A stretch of 60,542 nucleotides of DNA. It comes from Bacillota bacterium (GTDB lineage Bacteria > Bacillota > Desulfotomaculia > Desulfotomaculales > JBFMEU01). The notes beneath the pieces were generated by a model. That model was not told where the DNA came from and did not search any database. It saw only the letters and a list, made by a program, of their open reading frames with translations. The DNA is taken from the NCBI GenBank assembly GCA_040753155.1, contig JBFMEU010000005.1:1-60542 (forward strand), given 5' to 3'. The translations under genes were made by a program, and so were the position numbers. Shown piece after piece: positions 49,470 to 60,420 of the stretch (position 1 is the stretch's first letter; each line of letters starts with the position of its first letter).

Positions 49470-50618
49470 CTACAGGCTTTCCGCCAGGATTTCACTAATG
49501 TCCTTAACGGTGATTTCCTCGTCCTTGTTCAGGGTTTTACAGCTGTCTTCCAGCATGACAATGCAGTAGGGGCAGGCTGTTACCAGCAACTGAGCTTCCC
49601 TGGCCGAGGCCTCCTTAACCTTTTCATCGGAGAAGCGCAGGCCCGGGGCGGTTTCCATCCAGATGCGGGCGCCGCCGCCGCCGCAGCACATGCTGTCCTG
49701 CTTGTTGCGGGTGAATTCCAGGGTTTGCAGCTCAGGCACCGCGGCCATCAGATCCCGGGGGGCCTCGTAGGCTGCGTTATGCCGGCCCAGGTAGCAGGGC
49801 TCATGGTAAATGGCCTTTTTTGCTAAGGGTTTGCTGAAGCTCAACTTGCCATCCTTAACTAACTGGTCCAGGAACATGGTGTAGTGAACAACCTCGTACT
49901 CCCCGCCAAATTCGGGATACTCCTTCTTGAAGGTGTTGAAGCAGTGGGGAGAGGTAGTGATGATCTTTTTGACGCCTTTGTCATCGAACAGCTTGATGTT
50001 GCTTTCGGCCAGGCCGGTAAAGGCATCTTCCGCCCCGATTTTGCGGGTTGACTCGCCGCAGCACTGCTCGTCGTTGCCGATAATACCGAAACTGATCCCG
50101 GCCTTTTGCAGCAGATGCACAATGGCCCGGGCAATTTTCTGGCTCCGGCCGTCATAGGCCGAGGTGCAGCAAACAAATAAAAGGTATTCCTGCTCACCGT
50201 TGAACACCGGCACGTCCAGTCCTTCCATCCACTTGGCCCGCTCGTCCCGCTCCTGGGACCAGGGGTTGCCCTGGCTGTTGATGCTGCCCAGAACGGCCTT
50301 AAGGTTTTTGGGGATGCCGCCGGTTTCGCAAATCACGGTGCGCATGGCCCTTACCACATCGATAATCTCAACTTTGCGGGGGCAGCGTGACACGCAGTGG
50401 CTGCAGCTGGTACAGGCGAAAAGAAAATCGTCTGACTCAAAACCCTCGTAGCCAAGCCTGCCCATATGCAGCATATGGCGAATGTTGAACTCCGATTGCC
50501 CGGGCATCTTGCCCCAGGGGCAGGTGCCTGAGCATAGGCCGCACTGTTGGCACAAGGTAATTGTTTCGCCGCCGCTCCCCATAATGGCTTCTCTTACTTC
50601 ATCAAAAATCATTGCCAT
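49470..50618 (-). CDS. Fe-S protein with CCG domains (HdrD/GlpC-like)
   Basis: CQQCGLCSGTCP, CTSCSHCVSRCP, CCGE, CCGGGG. Confidence 0.9.
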   Translation of the reverse strand: MAMIFDEVREAIMGSGGETITLCQQCGLCSGTCPWGKMPGQSEFNIRHMLHMGRLGYEGFESDDFLFACTSCSHCVSRCPRKVEIIDVVRAMRTVICETGGIPKNLKAVLGSINSQGNPWSQERDERAKWMEGLDVPVFNGEQEYLLFVCCTSAYDGRSQKIARAIVHLLQKAGISFGIIGNDEQCCGESTRKIGAEDAFTGLAESNIKLFDDKGVKKIITTSPHCFNTFKKEYPEFGGEYEVVHYTMFLDQLVKDGKLSFSKPLAKKAIYHEPCYLGRHNAAYEAPRDLMAAVPELQTLEFTRNKQDSMCCGGGGARIWMETAPGLRFSDEKVKEASAREAQLLVTACPYCIVMLEDSCKTLNKDEEITVKDISEILAESL

Positions 50619-50811
50619 GTGAATGCACTCCTCTCCCAATGCAAAAAAAAATTATTGCCCCGTTGAAAGCAAGAAACCCTGGAACTGATCCTGTGCCGGG
50701 GACTTAATTTATATAAATTATTTTCCGCCTTTTAAAGCAAATTCCTGCTGGTCCTTTAAAATTATTCAAATTATTTGAAGCCTTATCCCGGGGTGTCTTT
50801 CCGGAAAAAGA

Positions 50812-50837
50812 AGGATTATTCTTCAATACCGAAGAAT
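50812..50837 (+). promoter_or_regulatory. SigH-like promoter
   Basis: AGGA-N18-GAAT. Confidence 0.5.
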
Positions 50838-50879
50838 AATGTTAAAATCCGTAAAATGATGACTTGGAGGTGCAGCTGA

Positions 50880-51494
50880 ATGACTTTAGTGACTTGCGAT
50901 GTCAAGCCTCTTAAGGTTGCTATTCTGGGTGGCCCGGGCACAGGCAAAACGACCCTGTGCAAGCAGCTGGACGTTGATTTCAGTCTGGCCGGCTACATTA
51001 CCGACGTGTGCATGGAATTTGCCCGCTCGTACATTTCCTGGTACGGGGTGCCAAACAGCATCTTTGAGCAGTTTTTGCTGTATGAGGGGCAAAAGAGGCG
51101 GGAGCAGGAATTAAAGTACTGTGACATCGTTTTTGCCGATAATGCCACCATCCTGAACTATGTGTACGGCCTGATGGTGTGTGACTTCAAAAATCCCAAG
51201 GAAATGTATGCCCTGATGAAGCTCTACGAGTGGGCCATGAAGGACCTGCCCTGCTATGAAATTTTCTATATTCCCCGGGAGTTTGCCATGGAAAAGGACG
51301 GCATTCGCTACCAGGATGAAGATTTTGCCGTTATGGTGGACAATAAGATTAAAAACTTCCTGGATATTATGAATGTGCCGTATACAATTGTAACCGGCGA
51401 TGTAGATACCCGGGTGCAAACAGTGAAGGATAAGCTCGGCTTTGAAAACCGCCGCAGCCTTCCGGTGAAAAAAGAGCCTGAGCAGGTCGAGTAA
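50880..51494 (+). CDS. NadR-like AAA_28 P-loop protein
   Basis: GGPGTGKTT, EFARSY, DGIR. Confidence 0.8.
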   Translation: MTLVTCDVKPLKVAILGGPGTGKTTLCKQLDVDFSLAGYITDVCMEFARSYISWYGVPNSIFEQFLLYEGQKRREQELKYCDIVFADNATILNYVYGLMVCDFKNPKEMYALMKLYEWAMKDLPCYEIFYIPREFAMEKDGIRYQDEDFAVMVDNKIKNFLDIMNVPYTIVTGDVDTRVQTVKDKLGFENRRSLPVKKEPEQVE

Positions 51495-51525
51495 AAAAGA
51501 GAGCGGGTAAAAGGGGGAGCAGTTT

Positions 51526-53517
51526 ATGGACATTCTATTTCAGCCGGTAAAAATCGGCAAGTTGGAGCTGAAAAACCGCCTGGTGATGCCGGCCATGCAT
51601 TTGGGTTACTGTGATAACGGCTTTGTCACCGACCGCCTGGTGGACTTTTACCGGGAGCGGGCCGAGGGCGGGGCCGGGCTGATCATAGTGGGCGGGTGCG
51701 CCATTGACGACCACGGCTACAATTCCATGATTAAAATCGGGCAGGATGATTACATTCCCGGCCTGACCAAGCTGGTTGCAGGGGTGCATAGCGGGGGCGC
51801 GTCCATTGCCGCCCAGCTGTTCCAGCCGGGGCGGTATTCGTACTCCTTCTTTTTCGGCGTGCAGCCGGTGGCTCCGTCGGCCATTCCCTCCAAGCTCACC
51901 GGCCAGATGCCCCGGGAGCTGGCCCTGGAGGAGATTTGCGCCGTCATTGACGCCTTTGCCGCAGCGGCCAAAAGGGCCAAAGATGCCGGTTTTGACGCGG
52001 TGGAGGTAATCGGCAGCGCCGGCTATCTGATTTCCCAGTTCTTATCCCCGCTGACCAACCAGCGGGATGATGAGTTTGGCGGCGATTTCGAGCGCCGGAT
52101 GCGCTTTGGCCTGGCGGTGGCGGCCAGAATCAAGGAGGTTGCCGGCCAGGATTACCCCCTGATGTACCGCATAACCGGGAACGAGTTCATGCCCGGCGGC
52201 AACACCAACGATGAGATGCGGGTGTTTTGCCGGGAACTGGAAAAGGCCGGGGTGGACGCTATTAATGTCACCGGCGGGTGGCACGAGACCAGGGTGCCCC
52301 AAATTACCATGGGTGTTCCCCGGGGCGCCTTCGCCTATCTGGCCAGGGGGATTAAAGAAGCTGTGCATATACCCGTGGTGGCCTGCAACCGTATTAACGA
52401 TCCGGTGCTGGCCGCAGAACTGCTTCACGACGGAGTGGCTGACCTGGTGGGGGTGGCCCGGGGCATGATTGCCGATCCTGATTTTGCCAACAAGGTTCTG
52501 AACGGGTTCCTGGAGGACATTCGCCCCTGCATCGGGTGCAACCAGGGCTGTCTGGACGCCATTTTCTCCGGCGGCAGCGTTTCCTGTCTGGTGAACGCCC
52601 GGGCCGGCCTGGAGGCCAAACACCGCCTGGTTCCGGCGGCCCAGCCCAAAAAGGTGCTGGTGGTGGGGGGCGGCCCGGCCGGCCTGGAGGCGGCCCGGGT
52701 TTGCGCCGAGCGGGGCCATAAAGTTACCCTGTGGGAAAGGGAATTGGACCTGGGCGGTCAGCTCAACCTGGCGGCCGTTCCGCCGGGCAGAGATGAGTTC
52801 TATGCCTTTATTGACTATTTGATTGCCCGGCTGGCGGCTCTGGACGTGGACCTGGAGGTGGGCCGCGAGGCCACGGCCCGGGATATCCTGGACTTTGGCG
52901 CCGACGCTGTAATCATGGCCACCGGCGCCCAGCCCATTACGCCGCCCATACCGGGGACTGACGGGGATAATGTGGTGCAGGCCTGGGATGTGCTCAGTCA
53001 AACCGTTCCCGTGGGCAAAAAGGTGGTTATCATCGGCGGCGGGGCTGTGGGCTGTGAAACCGCCCTGCACCTGGCCCGCAAGGGCACCATAGATGCTGAA
53101 ACCATGCACTTCCTGGCCCTGAACGGGGCGGAAACCTGGGAGAAGCTGATGCAGCTGGCCACCAGGGGTACCAAGGAAGTAACCGTGGTGGAAATGCAAA
53201 AGTCCCTGGGCACTGACATTGGCATGTCCACCCGCTGGACCATACTACAAGACTTGCACCGCTTTGGCGTTAAAACGGTTACCAAAGCCACGGCGGTAAA
53301 ATTTGACGGGCAGGGTGTGCTGATTAGGCGCGGGGACCAGGAAGAGCTGCTCCCGGCGGACACCATTGTTCTGGCGGCCGGTTCCCGTTCTGACAGCGAG
53401 CTATGTGATGAGATCAAGGAGCAAGTCAAAGAGATTTATCTCCTCGGCGATGCCGTAAGCCCGCGCAAGGCGCTGGATGCGGTGCGCCAGGGCTACCTGG
53501 CCGGCGCCTTGCTCTAA
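51526..53517 (+). CDS. fadH: 2,4-dienoyl-CoA reductase-like NADH:flavin oxidoreductase
   Basis: OYE barrel, GYLISQFLSP.TN.R.D, CIGCNQGC, two GxGxxG motifs. Confidence 0.85.
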   Translation: MDILFQPVKIGKLELKNRLVMPAMHLGYCDNGFVTDRLVDFYRERAEGGAGLIIVGGCAIDDHGYNSMIKIGQDDYIPGLTKLVAGVHSGGASIAAQLFQPGRYSYSFFFGVQPVAPSAIPSKLTGQMPRELALEEICAVIDAFAAAAKRAKDAGFDAVEVIGSAGYLISQFLSPLTNQRDDEFGGDFERRMRFGLAVAARIKEVAGQDYPLMYRITGNEFMPGGNTNDEMRVFCRELEKAGVDAINVTGGWHETRVPQITMGVPRGAFAYLARGIKEAVHIPVVACNRINDPVLAAELLHDGVADLVGVARGMIADPDFANKVLNGFLEDIRPCIGCNQGCLDAIFSGGSVSCLVNARAGLEAKHRLVPAAQPKKVLVVGGGPAGLEAARVCAERGHKVTLWERELDLGGQLNLAAVPPGRDEFYAFIDYLIARLAALDVDLEVGREATARDILDFGADAVIMATGAQPITPPIPGTDGDNVVQAWDVLSQTVPVGKKVVIIGGGAVGCETALHLARKGTIDAETMHFLALNGAETWEKLMQLATRGTKEVTVVEMQKSLGTDIGMSTRWTILQDLHRFGVKTVTKATAVKFDGQGVLIRRGDQEELLPADTIVLAAGSRSDSELCDEIKEQVKEIYLLGDAVSPRKALDAVRQGYLAGALL

Positions 53518-53524
53518 GAAGAAC

Positions 53525-53581
53525 AAAAAAGGGGCAGGCTATTATTTTCGCCAAGCGAAAACAATAGCCTGCCCTTTTTTT
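53525..53581. terminator. Long hairpin, family B, between convergent genes
   Basis: AAAAAAGGGGCAGGCTATT.TTTTCGC-caa-GCGAAAA.AATAGCCTGCCCTTTTTT. Confidence 0.75.
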
Positions 53582-53585
53582 CTTT

Positions 53586-54197
53586 TTAGTCCAGAATTGA
53601 TTTTTGGTAGGTGAGTTCTTCAAAGGCCTTGATATAAGCCGGGCTGACATTTTTGCCAATGCGAACCATGAGCATGTTGGCCTGGTGTTCCAGTATTTCG
53701 GGGTCATCTGTACGACGGCGCTTAAAGCCCACCGAGCCAAAGAGTTTGGCCAGCATCTTCTGATAGCCCCAAACATTGAGGCCGGCCCCCTTTAAGTCCC
53801 AGTGCCAGTAAAATTCGGTGGTAATAACTACGTACTCATCCAGTACAGGGTTGTCAAATGCCTCGGCCAGCAGGGCCTTGGCGATCCCCAGCTTTTTCCA
53901 GGCACTACTGATCTCAATAGCGCCCAGTTCCAGCATGCGGGGGTGCCGGCTCCAGCGGCTATACTGGTTGGGGAAATGAAACATAACATATCCGATAATA
54001 GCTTCATTAGCCCGGGCAATGTACACCATACCTTCGGTTGATTCGGCCACCAGCGCCAGGGCCTCTTGCTGCCTGGAAGGGTGACGGAAATTATTTAAAT
54101 CATTATCCATAGTCAGGGATTTTATGTAATCTTTTGTGACAGGGCCTTCACTTACGATAATGCCTTTTGGGCTTTCCAACTGTCTTGTCATAGTCAC
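53586..54197 (-). CDS. acuA: AcuA-like protein lysine acetyltransferase
   Basis: LELGAIEIS, TTEFYWHWD, TDDPEI..H.AN. Confidence 0.9.
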   Translation of the reverse strand: MTMTRQLESPKGIIVSEGPVTKDYIKSLTMDNDLNNFRHPSRQQEALALVAESTEGMVYIARANEAIIGYVMFHFPNQYSRWSRHPRMLELGAIEISSAWKKLGIAKALLAEAFDNPVLDEYVVITTEFYWHWDLKGAGLNVWGYQKMLAKLFGSVGFKRRRTDDPEILEHQANMLMVRIGKNVSPAYIKAFEELTYQKSILD

Positions 54198-54233
54198 CCA
54201 CCATTTTCAGATCTAATCAATTAAGTTTTAAAT

Positions 54234-54260
54234 ATTCTGATAAAATTAGATAATTCCTGC
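54234..54260 (-). promoter_or_regulatory. SigH-like promoter of acuA
   Basis: GCAGGAATT with AGGA-N17-GAAT on the minus strand. Confidence 0.65.
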
Positions 54261-54380
54261 TGCATAGTATTAATTTTATTTTTTAAAAAAATATTTTCGT
54301 TAGTTAATTATATCATAGTTTACCTAATACATAAAAGCACCTAAAACATAAAACAAGGACCGGTAACCCGGTCCTTGTTA

Positions 54381-54527
54381 TTACTTCTGTTTGAAGGTTT
54401 CGCACTTTGTTTCGTCCGACATGTGGGCGCTGCTTACCTGTTTTCGGGAGACCTCAATCATCGGAGCACGACAGGCAACGTTTTGGTTATAATTGCATTC
54501 TGTTACGGAGCATTTAATATTAGGCAT
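54381..54527 (-). CDS. DUF1540-like small Cys protein, 48 aa, not in the ORF track
   Basis: MPNIKCSVTECNYNQNVACRAPMIEV...ETKCETFKQK; GGAGG RBS; terminator at 54352-54379. Confidence 0.85.
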   Translation of the reverse strand: MPNIKCSVTECNYNQNVACRAPMIEVSRKQVSSAHMSDETKCETFKQK

Positions 54528-54880
54528 ATTTAATTAACCTCCCCTTTTGTTTAAACTATGTTTGTATACATTCAGTGAAACCGGTGTTAAGGCACTGCGT
54601 TATCACCCCTCACTCCAGTACTTCGCGCAGAGGGTACTCAGGAGTCAGAAGTCAGAAGTCAGAATGAGAAAACCAGCGAAAACATTCCATATTCTCGGGG
54701 CATTCTGAATCCTGACTCCTGAATTCTGAATACCTGAATGGGTGCTGTTACCGGCTATGCTGCGTCGCTCGCTAACGATAACGCCGTACCTCTACCGGGT
54801 TTACTGGATACTAAACTATGTTTTAATATTGCCCGGAAAAATCTGTTTTTAATCATGTTTCCTTTAAATTTTGCCCGGAA

Positions 54881-55882
54881 TTAAACAGGCTCCGGCGCCG
54901 GGGGCCCGGGCTTGCCGTATCTTTCCCTTTTCCTGCCCGCAGGCGCCAGCAGGTCGGCCGCCTTAACCGGGCGGGTAATAATACCCTCCCGCAGCAAAAA
55001 GTCCGCCTGCTCCTGGATGTGGGCCATGACCCGGTCGTCCAGCTCCAGGCCGTAATTGAATTTATTTAATATTCCGGTAACAAGTTCCGGGGACATGTTG
55101 GTCTCCTCGGCGGCCATGACCACAGCATCGCTATAGTTGTCCCGGATATATTCAAGGCTTTCCCGGTGGGCCGCCAGGTAGGCCTCACCCAGCCCGCGCC
55201 GGTATTTCAAAAAGCGCGCCCGCCCGGCAATGACCGTGAGCCCGTCCATCAGGCCCTCGCCGTTGCGCAGGACCCGGATTTTGTTATCTGCCTCCAGGCG
55301 GGTGAGCAGGGGCTCCACTATTACGGCGGCATCCACCCGGCATTGCTCCAGGGCGTCTGCCGCATCCGGCACCAGCAGGTTTACCAGCTGCACATGGGCC
55401 AGGGTAAGGTTAACCTCCCCCAGGGCTTTGGCCAGCAGGTAATGGGCCTCGGTGCCCAGGGTAACCGCGATTTTTTTGCCGGCCAGGTTGTTAAGATCCA
55501 GGCTGGAATCAGCCTGGGTAACCACGGCAAAGGCAGACGGGGCCTGACTGCAGGCAGCCATGATGCGCAAATCCCGGCCCCGGTCCCGGGAGGTGATCAG
55601 TGAGGTCACCCCCATCATGGAGGCAATTTCCAGCTTGCCGGCCTCCATGGCCCCGGTCATTTCGTTGCCCACGATGAAGTGGTGGAACTCCGGCGTTACC
55701 TTGTGCTGCTCCAGCTGGCGGGCCAGGATGCCCCGGCGCCGGGTCACCAGCACCGGCAGGTTCAGGGGAATTGAGTTGTAGCTGACTCTGAGGATTTTCA
55801 GGTTAAGGTACTTGCGCCAGCCCAGGAACAGGCCGCCCAGGGCCAGGATGATGCCGCCGGCGATGCTGTAAGGTCTTTTCAT
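54881..55882 (-). CDS. SsuA/NMT1-like substrate-binding protein
   Basis: N-terminal TM anchor, LAGKKIAV..GT, VDAA..EP. Confidence 0.85.
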   Translation of the reverse strand: MKRPYSIAGGIILALGGLFLGWRKYLNLKILRVSYNSIPLNLPVLVTRRRGILARQLEQHKVTPEFHHFIVGNEMTGAMEAGKLEIASMMGVTSLITSRDRGRDLRIMAACSQAPSAFAVVTQADSSLDLNNLAGKKIAVTLGTEAHYLLAKALGEVNLTLAHVQLVNLLVPDAADALEQCRVDAAVIVEPLLTRLEADNKIRVLRNGEGLMDGLTVIAGRARFLKYRRGLGEAYLAAHRESLEYIRDNYSDAVVMAAEETNMSPELVTGILNKFNYGLELDDRVMAHIQEQADFLLREGIITRPVKAADLLAPAGRKRERYGKPGPPAPEPV

Positions 55883-55935
55883 CACACAACCTCCTTATCC
55901 TTATAATATAGTAGTGCTTTTTAAGCGCAAATTTT

Positions 55936-57774
55936 TTAATGCAGTAGTCTTTTGACAGCCCGGCCCCGGGGGGTGTAGCGGGTGTGCAGAATCTCCCTGG
56001 CCTTCTCACTTAAAGGATATCCCAGATACTCGGCGTAAATTGACTGCACGGCAGGGTTTTCGTGGGCCCGGCGTTTGGCTTTGCCCAGGTCGATGCCGTA
56101 CAGGGCCCGGGCCCGCTTCTTGTACACCTCGGCGGCCCTGGCCGGGTCCCGGTGGCCGGGGAAAATGGGCTGGCCGCCGCCGCCTACGCAACCGCCGGGG
56201 CAGCCCATGATTTCAATAAAGTCAAACTTTTCTCCGGCCTTGAGCCTTTCCATCAGCTGCCGGGCGTTGCGGGTGCCGTGGGCCACCGCCAGGCGGATTT
56301 TTTTGCCTTTGAGCTCAATGGTGGCCTCCTTGACCCCCCGCAGGCCGCGAAATTCCTTGAAGTCCAGTTTGGACGGCGCGTTCTCATCACCGGCCAGGGC
56401 ATAGGCCGTCCGGATGGCCGCCTCCATCACCCCGCCGGTGGCGGCAAAGATGTTGCCGGCCCCGGTGGACAGCCCCAGGGGCAGGTCAAATTCCTCGTCC
56501 GGCAGGTTGACAAACTCAATCCCGGCTTCCCGGATCATCCGGCCCAACTCCCGGGTGGTCAGGACAAAGTCAACATCCCGGGTCCCCCTGGTCACCAGCT
56601 CCGGGCGGGCCGCCTCAAATTTCTTGGCGGTGCAGGGCATCACCGCCACCACCACCATTTTCCCGGGGTCAAGCCCCTCCTTGTCGGCATAGTAGGTCTT
56701 GGCCAGGGCCCCCAGCATTTCCTGGGGGGACTTGCAGGTGGACAGGTTTGGTACAAACTGGGGATAGAAATGCTCGCAGTACTTAACCCAGCCCGGGCTG
56801 CAGGACGAGATCAAGGGCAGCTTGCCCTTGCCCGCCAGCCGTTCCAGCAGCTCGTGGGCCTCCTCGATAATAGTCAGGTCGGCCGCCAGCACCGTGGAGA
56901 AGACCCGGTCAAAGCCCAGCCGCCTTAAGGCCGCCACCATTTTCCCGGTTACCACCGTGCCCGGCTCCAGGCCAAAGGCCTCCCCCAGGCTGACCTGGGT
57001 GGCCGGGGCTGTTTGCGCCACCACCATCTTGTCAGGATCCTCAATGGCCTGCCAGACCTGGTCAATATATTCCTTTTCCGCCAGGGCGGCGGTGGGGCAG
57101 GCCATGACGCACTGGCCGCAGGCAATGCAGTCGGCCTCGGACAGGTCTTTCATGAAGGCCGGCCCGATCACCGTATCAAACCCCCTGTTCCTGGCCGCCA
57201 AAACATTAACACCCTGGACGTTCTTGCAAACTGCTTCGCAGCGGCGGCACTTGATGCACTTGTTATAGTCTCTGGTAATATAGGGATTCTTATCCGCCAG
57301 CTTGTACTGGCGCCGCTCCCCGGTGAGCCTGATGCGCCTGATGCCCAGGTCGCCGGCCACGTTCTTCAGTTCGCAGTCCCGGGTGCGCACGCAGTTAATG
57401 CAGTCCAGGTCATGCTCTGAAAGCAGCAGCTCCACCACCCGCTTGCGGGCCCGCCGCACCCGGGGGGAGTTGGTGTTGACCTTCAGGCCGCCTGAAACCG
57501 GATAAACGCAGGAGGCCTGCAAGGTCTTGTTGCCGTTATGATCTATTTCCACCAGGCACACCCGGCACGACCCGGCCTGGTTAATGTCCCGCAGGTAACA
57601 CAGACTGGGTATATGGATCCCGGCCAGCCGGGCCGCCTCCAGCAGGTTTGGTGTGTTGGCGGGAACGGTAAACTCGCGGCCGTTAAAACTAAGGGTAACA
57701 GTTTCAGTGTCTTCTGCCGGCGGTGGTACTTTCTCCGGGGACTGCAGGCCGGGCTGTTCTTGTATAACTGCCAA
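55936..57774 (-). CDS. hydA: [FeFe] hydrogenase group A with 2Fe-2S and 4Fe-4S accessory domains
   Basis: H-cluster motifs SSCSPGW, MPCTAKKFE, EIMGCPGGCVGGGGQP. Confidence 0.95.
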   Translation of the reverse strand: MAVIQEQPGLQSPEKVPPPAEDTETVTLSFNGREFTVPANTPNLLEAARLAGIHIPSLCYLRDINQAGSCRVCLVEIDHNGNKTLQASCVYPVSGGLKVNTNSPRVRRARKRVVELLLSEHDLDCINCVRTRDCELKNVAGDLGIRRIRLTGERRQYKLADKNPYITRDYNKCIKCRRCEAVCKNVQGVNVLAARNRGFDTVIGPAFMKDLSEADCIACGQCVMACPTAALAEKEYIDQVWQAIEDPDKMVVAQTAPATQVSLGEAFGLEPGTVVTGKMVAALRRLGFDRVFSTVLAADLTIIEEAHELLERLAGKGKLPLISSCSPGWVKYCEHFYPQFVPNLSTCKSPQEMLGALAKTYYADKEGLDPGKMVVVAVMPCTAKKFEAARPELVTRGTRDVDFVLTTRELGRMIREAGIEFVNLPDEEFDLPLGLSTGAGNIFAATGGVMEAAIRTAYALAGDENAPSKLDFKEFRGLRGVKEATIELKGKKIRLAVAHGTRNARQLMERLKAGEKFDFIEIMGCPGGCVGGGGQPIFPGHRDPARAAEVYKKRARALYGIDLGKAKRRAHENPAVQSIYAEYLGYPLSEKAREILHTRYTPRGRAVKRLLH

Positions 57775-57910
57775 TTTTTTGTCACCTCCCTGTTGTATGG
57801 CTGCGCCTTTCCTGTATTGTTTACCTTTTGTAATTTTTAATACAAACTAGTACAACTGGTGCGACACTGCGACTGCGACAGGGGATGTTTCTCTGCCGCA
57901 ATCAGAGAAA

Positions 57911-58099
57911 TTGGGCGGGTATCCGTTTATGCGTACGCACAAGGGCTTCATCGTTAACCTGAAAATGGTGCGGGAGATTATCCCGGTCAACCGCTGGACC
58001 TATGAACTTGTAATGGCCCATACCACCAAAAGACCGTTAATGATGTGGGACAAACTCCGGCAATTGGAGCAAGCTTTGGGTAATAGGAAGCGAACCTGA
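57911..58099 (+). pseudogene. LytTR DNA-binding domain fragment
   Basis: FMRTHKGFIVNL..VREI; no receiver domain. Confidence 0.7.
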
Positions 58100-58322
58100 T
58101 CTCTTTTGGGAATCAGTTTTCCGTAACTACCCATTGACCCACTGCAATCCTATAATAATTGTAAAAGAGCACAGGCATTATACCATGAGAACTGGTGTAT
58201 GCGAAGTATTAATCTTCTTTTCGACTACAGTCTTGTGTCAAGTTATCAGAGAAGGATTTTTATAAAATTTACCGTATTTCTTGGTTAAAGCCTTGCTGAC
58301 AATTAGGATGTGGATAATAATT

Positions 58323-58859
58323 ATGTCTCGTATGAATACTCTCTTAGGACAGATAAGAAAATTTAAAAAAGGATTTCTTTATTTGCTGCTGGTACTTTTT
58401 ATTGGTTTAATATACCCGTTATGGCCAAAATATGGGTTTATTATCAGTGTTTTGTTTATTTGTCTTATTTCTGGATATGCGGTATATAGATTATTGTTTA
58501 TACCGTTTTTTTTCAAGCTATCCTTAATAGGAAAAGTGTTTTTATTAGTTATAAGTATTGCAATATGGCTATTTCTTGCTGGGAATTTAGTAGAAATAAT
58601 TATTAGTAAAAGAACATATGGTTGGTTGATGAGTTACGGTATTAATCCGTACGATGGGTTATTTATCAGTGTTTTGTTTATTTGTCTTATTTCTGGATAT
58701 GCGGTATATAGATTATTGTTTATACCGTTTTTTTTCAAGCTATCCTTAATAGGAAAAGTGTTTTTATTAGTTATAAGTATTGCAATATGGCTATTTCTTG
58801 CTGGGAATTTAGTAGAAATAATTATTAGTAAAAGAACATATGATTGGTTGATGAGTTAA
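58323..58859 (+). CDS. Low-GC membrane protein with internal tandem duplication
   Basis: Very hydrophobic; 58441-58636 repeated at 58663-58858 (222 bp period). Confidence 0.65.
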   Translation: MSRMNTLLGQIRKFKKGFLYLLLVLFIGLIYPLWPKYGFIISVLFICLISGYAVYRLLFIPFFFKLSLIGKVFLLVISIAIWLFLAGNLVEIIISKRTYGWLMSYGINPYDGLFISVLFICLISGYAVYRLLFIPFFFKLSLIGKVFLLVISIAIWLFLAGNLVEIIISKRTYDWLMS

Positions 58860-58891
58860 CATATTTATAAGTACGAACTATAATCCCTGAG

Positions 58892-59171
<280 letters not shown>

Positions 59172-59244
59172 TAAACATCCGGCGGGCAAAAACATTATGG
59201 CACCCGGGCGGGTACTGGAATTGCTGCGTGAGATCGAAGCGTAG

Positions 59245-59523
59245 CTATCTGATCCAGAAGGGATAACACCTTCGCAACCAACCGAGCGCTTTGCAAGTTA
59301 ATTGACACATCGTGGCCAAAGAGTCAAAATAAACTTGGATCTGCTGATTGCGGCAGCGGAACCGACAATCGGCGTTGAAAAAGTACCCGATCACTTCGCA
59401 TAGGGAGAGGGCTTGTTCAACGCCTTCTTTATTGAACTCCCAAGTAGCATAACAAAGAAGGGTATTCGCTGTGAACAAAAGCTCTACATGTGCAAAATGA
59501 GTTGTTTCAGACTGGCATAGCAA
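59245..59523 (-). pseudogene. Possible transposase C-terminal fragment
   Basis: CQSETTHFAHVELLFTA resembles the post-catalytic helix of IS4-like DDE enzymes; weak. Confidence 0.3.
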
Positions 59524-60249
59524 ACGATTCAGTGAACCCGGTCAAAATTTGGACTTCCAGGCAGCCAAATTTAGGATTGGCACAGCTTGTGCTGATATAC
59601 CTGTGTTGGTAAACCCGGTAAATCACCGGGTTTACTGAATGCTTACTTGGATTGTGATATTCTTCACTATAGAAAGTGATTTTTTAGACATTATATATTG
59701 CCATTCAGCACCTATATTAAGTAATACAAGTAATTGCTATTTCCAAAACAAAAAAATATCAATATACTTACAATATCAAATAACAAGGAGGTTGCACCAT
59801 GAAGAGCATTGTTGACGGGTTGCTTAAAATATTAGATCATAGATTGGAAAATTACACAAAGACTTATTAAGGATGCAGCAGCATACAGAGCATTATAGGC
59901 GAACTATTTAAAATGTTTCGGAACAGGTTTTTAATAATTCATAGGAGTGTGGAGTGCATAGATGGTAACAGCAATCAGTTAAGGCCCTCACTATAAGCGG
60001 TGAGGGCCTTAACTATTTCCAGCTGGGATCAGTCTTCCACATGGCGCCAGTCGCGGACACCGGGACCCCGTAGAACGCGAGCAAGGCGCGAAAACGGCTC
60101 CGTGAAGGTGAGGCTTTCCTATGAGGCGACCTACCCGCAAGGTATCTGGCTTGCTCTCGAAGATGCTGATAAGTATGGTTAGAATCATTCAAGCCATACT
60201 TATCAGCAGGGGCTGCGGAATCCGGGGGTGTCCACAATGTTAAGCTTAT

Positions 60250-60420
60250 AGGTGCCATAACGGGGTTATCCGGGCCAAGGAAGAAGTGGCCGTAATTGAG
60301 CCCGGCGGATCTGTCAAGCGTCGCCGCCCGGCGGGTATTTACGTATTTAGCGGCCTGAAAAAGGCGCCGGTGGAGGAGGCTGCCGCCGGGGAAATTGTGG
60401 TGGTATCCGGGCTGGAGGGA
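60250..60420 (+). pseudogene. Internal fragment of TypA/BipA GTPase domain II
   Basis: HNGVIRAKEEVAVI..IYVFSGLKKAPVEEAAAGEIVVVSGLE; no start; cut by an IS end. Confidence 0.65.
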
